Assembly (NCBI RefSeq): GCF_044704955.1
Contig: NC_091980.1
Span: forward strand, 52,266,001 to 52,330,000
Reading direction: 5' to 3'
Source of the DNA: Pristiophorus japonicus
Taxonomy: Eukaryota
DNA length: 64,000 nt
Part shown: one piece after another, positions 60,912 to 64,000 of the stretch
How positions within the stretch are numbered: the first letter of the stretch is position 1
Layout of the letters: every line of letters starts with the position of its first letter
The notes under the pieces: generated by a model
What the model was told of the DNA's origin: nothing
The model's database searches: none
The model's input: only the letters and a program-made list of their open reading frames with translations
Program-made: the position numbers and the translations under genes

Positions 60912-61029
60912 AGTTTACATGAATGTATTAGAACTTGAGACAAGTCTCTTTAAACTAGTATTAGAATAACTAGATAGATGCATAGAAAATGCTTATTTTT
61001 TTGGTTCAATGCGGATGTTATAGCTTTAA

Positions 61030-61672
61030 TAATAATAACTTATATTTATATAGCACCTTTAACATAGTAAAACGTCCCAAGGCGCTTCTATAGCAGTGTT
61101 ACAAGACAAAACAGATAAATTTGACACAGCCATAAAGATGAAATGAAGGCAGATGACCAAAAGCATGTTTAAAGAGGTAGGTTTTAAAGAGTGTCTTAAA
61201 GGAGGAAAGCGAGATGGGCAGAGGTTTAAGGAGGGAGTTCCAGAGCTTAGGGCCTAAACAGCTGAAGGCACGGCCATCGATGGTTGAGCAGTTATAATGA
61301 GGGATGTTCAAGAGGCCAGAATTTGAGGAGTGCAGACATCTTGTAGGTTTGTAAGGCTGAAAATTATTGGAGATAGGAAGGGGCAAGGTCATGGAGTGAT
61401 TTGTAAACAAGGCGGAGAATTTGAAATTGAGGCATTGTTTAACCGGGTGCCAATGTAGGTCAGAAAGCTGAGGTGATGGTTGCTCGTGACTTGGTGTGAG
61501 TTAGGACACGGGCTGCTGAGTTTTGGATGACTTCAAGTTTACGTAATATAGATTGTGGGAGGCTAGCCAGGAGTGAGTTGGAGTAGTCAAATCTAGAGGT
61601 AACAAAGGCATGAATGAGGGTTTCAGCATCAGAAGAGCTGAGGCAGGGTGGAGGCGGGCAATGTTGCCAAGC
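61030..61672 (-). mobile_element. L2 3' end
   Basis: Reverse complement of the L2 3' region (TSRFDYSN, KLWNSL, TATATAAATATAAG tail). Confidence 0.85.
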
Positions 61673-61749
61673 AACGATCTGCTATTTTCAAGTTAGGATT
61701 TCAACTTTGTTTGTGTATCTCTAATTTGAGTCCTAAATGGCCGACCCCT

Positions 61750-64000
61750 TATCTGTTACCTGGACACTGTGTTCCAGGTGGTAGTCATACCCCTTAGGTT
61801 AACTAACTCAGATTTGGCTAGTGGTCAAGGACAAGAGGGTGTGACTATGAGTCAGGAAGGTATGGGGATTCAGGAAGTAGGATGGAGGGGCCTCGGCTCT
61901 TGCTCTTGTCCAACAGATTCAAGGCTCTTACTTCCTGTGTGGACGAGAGCAGGGACTGCAGGGAGAATGAGCAAACTGACCACAACACCGTGATACAGGA
62001 GGCCATTCAAGCAGGGGGAGTAAAAAGAAATATTGTAGTAGTAGGGGACAGTATTAGGGGGATAGATACAGTTCTCTGCAGCCATGAGTGTGAGTCTCAA
62101 AGTCTGTGTTGCCTGCCCGGTGCCAGGGTTAAGGACATCTCCTCAGGGCTGGAGAGGAACTTGGAGTGGGAGGGGGTAGATCCAGTTGTCATGGTCCATG
62201 TGGGTACCAAAAACATAGATAGGACAAACAAGAAGATTCTGCTAAGGGATTATGAACAGCTAGGGGCCAAATTAAAAAGCAGACCCACAAAGGTAATAAT
62301 CTCTAGATTACTACCCGAGCCACAAGCAAATTTACATAGGTTAAATAAGATCAGAGAGCTTAGACTTGTGTGGGAGAAATGGGTTTTGGTTCCTGGGGCA
62401 CTGGCACAAGTACTGGGCTAAGAGGGAGCTGTTCCGTCGGGACGGACTCCACTTGGAACGTGCTGGGGCTAGGGTCCTGGTGAACCAAGTAGCTAGGGCT
62501 GCAGAGAGAGCTTTAAACTAATTAGTGGGCGGGAAGGTTCAGGTGAACAACAACCTAAAAGCTCAAAGAATGTGAAGGCAATAGAGCAGGGTAGCATTGG
62601 GGGAAACAGAAACCAGAGCATGACAGGAAGGGACAGAATCTATAAACATAAGAGTGTATCAGAAACTGGGGCCATAGCAGGACAAAATGGTAAGAAAACA
62701 CATTTAAAAGCTCATTATTTGAATGCACACAGCATTCATAACAAATTAGATGAGCTGTCGGCACAAATAGTTAAACATGGGTATGATCTGGTAGATATAA
62801 CAGAGACGTAGTTGCAAAGTGACCAAGACTGGGAACTAAACATTCAGGGGTACTTGACAATTCGGAAGGACAGACAGAAAGGAAAAGGAGGTGGGATAGC
62901 TCTGTTGATAAAGGAGGGAATCATTGCAATAGTGAGAAAAGATATTGGCTCAAATGATTAGGATGTTGAAACAGTTTGGGTGGAGATAAGGAATAATAAG
63001 GGGAAAAAGTCACTGATGGGCGTAGTTTATAGGCCCCCTAACAGTAGCAACTCTGTTGGTTGGAGTATAAACCAAGAAATAGTGGGAGCTTGCAAAAAGG
63101 GAACATCAATAACCATGGGTGATTTTAACCTTCATATTGATTGGACAAATCAAATTGGTCAGGGTAGCCTTGAGGAGGAGTACATAGAGTGCAGAAGGGA
63201 CGGGTTCCTTGAGCAGTATGTAACGGAACTAACCAGGGGGCAGGCTATCTGAGATCTGGTCCTGTATAATGAGACAGGATTAATAAACAATTTCCTAGTA
63301 AAGGATCCCCTTGGAAGGAGTGACTTTAGCATGCATGAATTTCAAATTCAGATGGAGGGCGAGAAAGTTGGATCTCAAACCAGCATACTTAGCTTAAATA
63401 AAGGAGACTACAAAGGTTTGAGGGCAGAGTTGGACTGAGAAAGTAGATTAAAGTATAGGTCGGCTGATGAACAGTGGTATATATTTAAGGAGATATTTCT
63501 TAACTCAAGAAAAATATATTCCAGTGAGGAGAAAAAGGTGTAAAAGAAAAGATAGCCATCTGTGGCTAACGAAAGAAATAAAGGATAGTATCTAATTAAA
63601 AACAATGGCCAAAACTAGTGGAGGACAGAAGATTGGGAAGCTTTTAAAAGCCAGCAAAGAATAACTAAAAAAATGATTAAGAAAGGGAAGATGAACTTTG
63701 AAAGTAAAGTAGCCCAAAATATAAAACAGATAGCAAGAGTTTCTAAAGGTATATAAAAAGGAAAATTGTGGCTAAAGTAAATGTTGGTTCATTAGAGGAC
63801 GAGACCGGGGAATTAATAATGGGGAACATGGAGATGGCAGAAACTCTGAACAAATATTTTGTATCAATCTTTACGGTAGAGGACACTAAAAATATCCCAA
63901 CAGTGGATAATCAAGAGGCTATAGGGGGGGAGGATCTTAACACAATCACAATCACGAAGGAGGTAGTACTCAGTAAGATACTGGGACTAAAGGCGGATAT
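61750..64000 (+). mobile_element. CR1 5' region: ORF1 with SGNH/GDSL-esterase domain, then the ORF2 APE endonuclease and linker (runs off window)
   Basis: SNRFKAL...VVVGDSI.G...CCLPGARVKDI...VMVHVGT.NI...DGLHL (esterase); YLNAHSIHNKL.EL...DLV.ITET, VYRPP and MGDFN (endonuclease). Confidence 0.9.

Overview
Eukaryotic, repeat-dense DNA whose repeat families point to a cartilaginous fish, probably a shark (inference). Only one host exon can be supported: a 249-bp phase 1-1 exon on the minus strand (9299-9547) encoding the follistatin/Kazal module of an FSTL4/FSTL5-type protein, with more FSTL4-like residues. The rest is most likely very large intron filled with nested transposable elements. These include many CR1 and L2 LINE fragments, RTE 3' ends and two copies of an RTE-tailed non-autonomous element. 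There is also a Vingi-like LINE fragment, Deu-domain SINEs, a two-LTR Gypsy provirus with a tRNA-Ser PBS split by a young CR1, and a solo LTR. An internally deleted PIF/Harbinger element with a Myb/SANT relic sits among Harbinger-like MITEs, two of which carry large internal minisatellites. Structural oddities include a ~390-bp-arm inverted duplication, several fold-back hairpins, a probable target-site deletion at the CR1 insertion and degenerate ribozyme-like motifs. I found no prokaryotic-type system, CRISPR array or convincing novel protein-coding gene. Family assignments come from recognising sequence by eye, not database searches, and most repeat boundaries are approximate.
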